This document shows positions 62,838 through 64,000 of a stretch of 64,000 nucleotides of DNA, piece after piece (position 1 is the first letter of the stretch; each line of letters starts with the position of its first letter). A model generated the notes under the pieces. That model did not search any database. It was not told where the DNA came from and saw nothing but the letters and a program-made list of their open reading frames with translations. Made by a program: the position numbers and the translations under genes. Origin of the DNA: Myxococcota bacterium (GTDB lineage: Bacteria; Myxococcota_A; UBA796; SXON01); NCBI GenBank assembly GCA_040386535.1, contig JAZKFH010000032.1, positions 240,710 through 304,709 of the forward strand. Reading direction: 5' to 3'.

Positions 62838-64000
62838 GTGCCGTACTCGCTCCGAGATTTGATGTCCCACGACGGCCCGGCCGTCCGGCTGCTGGCCGCG
62901 GTGCTCGACGCCGCCCCGCCCGACCGTGTGTACGGCGACTCCGTGCGTGCCGCACCCCGCGGGGCGGCCTCGCCGGAGCAGATCCTGGCCTGGGCCGCCG
63001 AGCTCGACGCCGCGCCCGCGCACCGCTCCGTGGCGCTCGGCGCGCGCATGGCGCTCTCGCTTTACGACGCGCACCAGGAATGGGCCACCGTCACCGATCT
63101 GGAGGACGATCACGGCCACGATGCCGCGGTGCGCCTCGTCGCGTTCGCGCAGGTGGTGGCCGGGGCGTACGGGGGCTCGCCGTCCGAGCGGGCCGTCGCG
63201 CTGTTCTGCAGCCCCGCCGGCCGGGCGCTCGCCATCTGGTTCGCCGCGGTCGAGCTGGCGCTGGCCTTCCTCCCCGTCGACGACCCGCTCGGCGAGCGCG
63301 TCGCCACCGAGCTGTTCGAGCGGTGGTCCTCCGAGCTGCCCGACCTCGCGCCCGACGTGGCGGCGGTTCTCCACGAGCTGCTGCCCTCGCTCGACGGCGG
63401 CGCCACGGCCTGCGCCGCGGGCGCGAGCTGGGTGGCGGACGCCGTACGCGCCGCGCTCCCGGACCTCTCCGATCGGAGCCGCGACACGCTCGCCGCGGAG
63501 CCCATGGCGGTGCCCGTGTACCAGGTGCTGGTGGCGCGGCTTCTGGGGGAGATGGGGGTTGAGGGGGAGGCCGCGGGGGTTGTAGGAATTGTCGACGGGG
63601 GGGCGGGGCGAGCGGAGCGGGAGGCCGAGGAGAAGGCGGCGGCGGAGCGGGCTGAATGGGAAGCGGCGGAGCGGGCGGCGGCGGAGGAGCGGGCGGCTGC
63701 GGCGGAGCGGGCGGCTGCGGAGCGGGCGGCGGTCGAGCAGGCGGAACGTGAAGCCGCGGAGTGGGCCGCTGCGGAGCGGGCTGCGGTCGAGCAGGCTGCG
63801 GTCGAGCGAGCTGTCGCCGAGCAAGCTGAACGGGAAGCCGCGGAGCGGGCCGCCGCCGAGCGGGCCGCAGCCGAGCAAGCTGAACGTGAAGCCGCGGAGC
63901 AGGCAGCCGCAGAGCAGGCAGCCGCAGAGCAGGCAGCCGCCGAGCAAGCCGCAGCCGAGCAAGCCGCAGCCGAGCAAGCCGCAGCCGAGCAAGCCGCAGC
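62838..64000 (+). CDS. Partial protein with TolA-like EQAAA/ERAAA helical repeats (runs off window end)
   Basis: GTG 62838 opens a stop-free frame: helical N-domain, then AEREAAERAAAEQAAA repeats encoded by 15-bp tandem units. Confidence 0.75.
   Translation, partial: MPYSLRDLMSHDGPAVRLLAAVLDAAPPDRVYGDSVRAAPRGAASPEQILAWAAELDAAPAHRSVALGARMALSLYDAHQEWATVTDLEDDHGHDAAVRLVAFAQVVAGAYGGSPSERAVALFCSPAGRALAIWFAAVELALAFLPVDDPLGERVATELFERWSSELPDLAPDVAAVLHELLPSLDGGATACAAGASWVADAVRAALPDLSDRSRDTLAAEPMAVPVYQVLVARLLGEMGVEGEAAGVVGIVDGGAGRAEREAEEKAAAERAEWEAAERAAAEERAAAAERAAAERAAVEQAEREAAEWAAAERAAVEQAAVERAVAEQAEREAAERAAAERAAAEQAEREAAEQAAAEQAAAEQAAAEQAAAEQAAAEQAAAEQAA

Overview
Very GC-rich bacterial chromosome segment, probably Myxococcota-like (inferred from a HEAT-repeat chemosensory operon, D/T-rich lipoproteins with CDD...NGxDDDC motifs and a DUF4423-type regulator). 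Layout: (1) 0.6-4.4 kb protease cluster (calpain-like cysteine protease, beta-helix protein, M43-type metalloprotease lipoprotein); (2) tRNA-Asn(GTT) followed by a roughly 12 kb accessory/defence tract with pseudogenes, a four-repeat PDZ-like lipoprotein, an AbiE toxin-antitoxin pair, a decayed EndoU/CDI-like toxin-immunity cassette and a 1430-aa HIT-PLD-SF2 helicase-S24 fusion; (3) an 18-40 kb signalling block with a Che7-like operon, ada, kaiC-kaiB and a second Wsp-like (ACF-type) chemosensory operon; (4) mixed housekeeping and surface genes (tex, rlmD-like, orphan DNA methyltransferase, a kinase/HDOD/HD-like/MshEN-like module, SDR-TetR, lipoproteins). Best leads: the nuclease-helicase with an internal LexA-type self-cleavage module; a shared N-terminal [G/S]N-x-x-[VLM]-x-x-R leader on three unrelated effector-like proteins; an exact 30-bp in-frame repeat linking one of those proteins to the orphan toxin cassette; and KaiBC placed at the head of a chemosensory operon. 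All family calls are by-eye motif recognition; no database searches were run.
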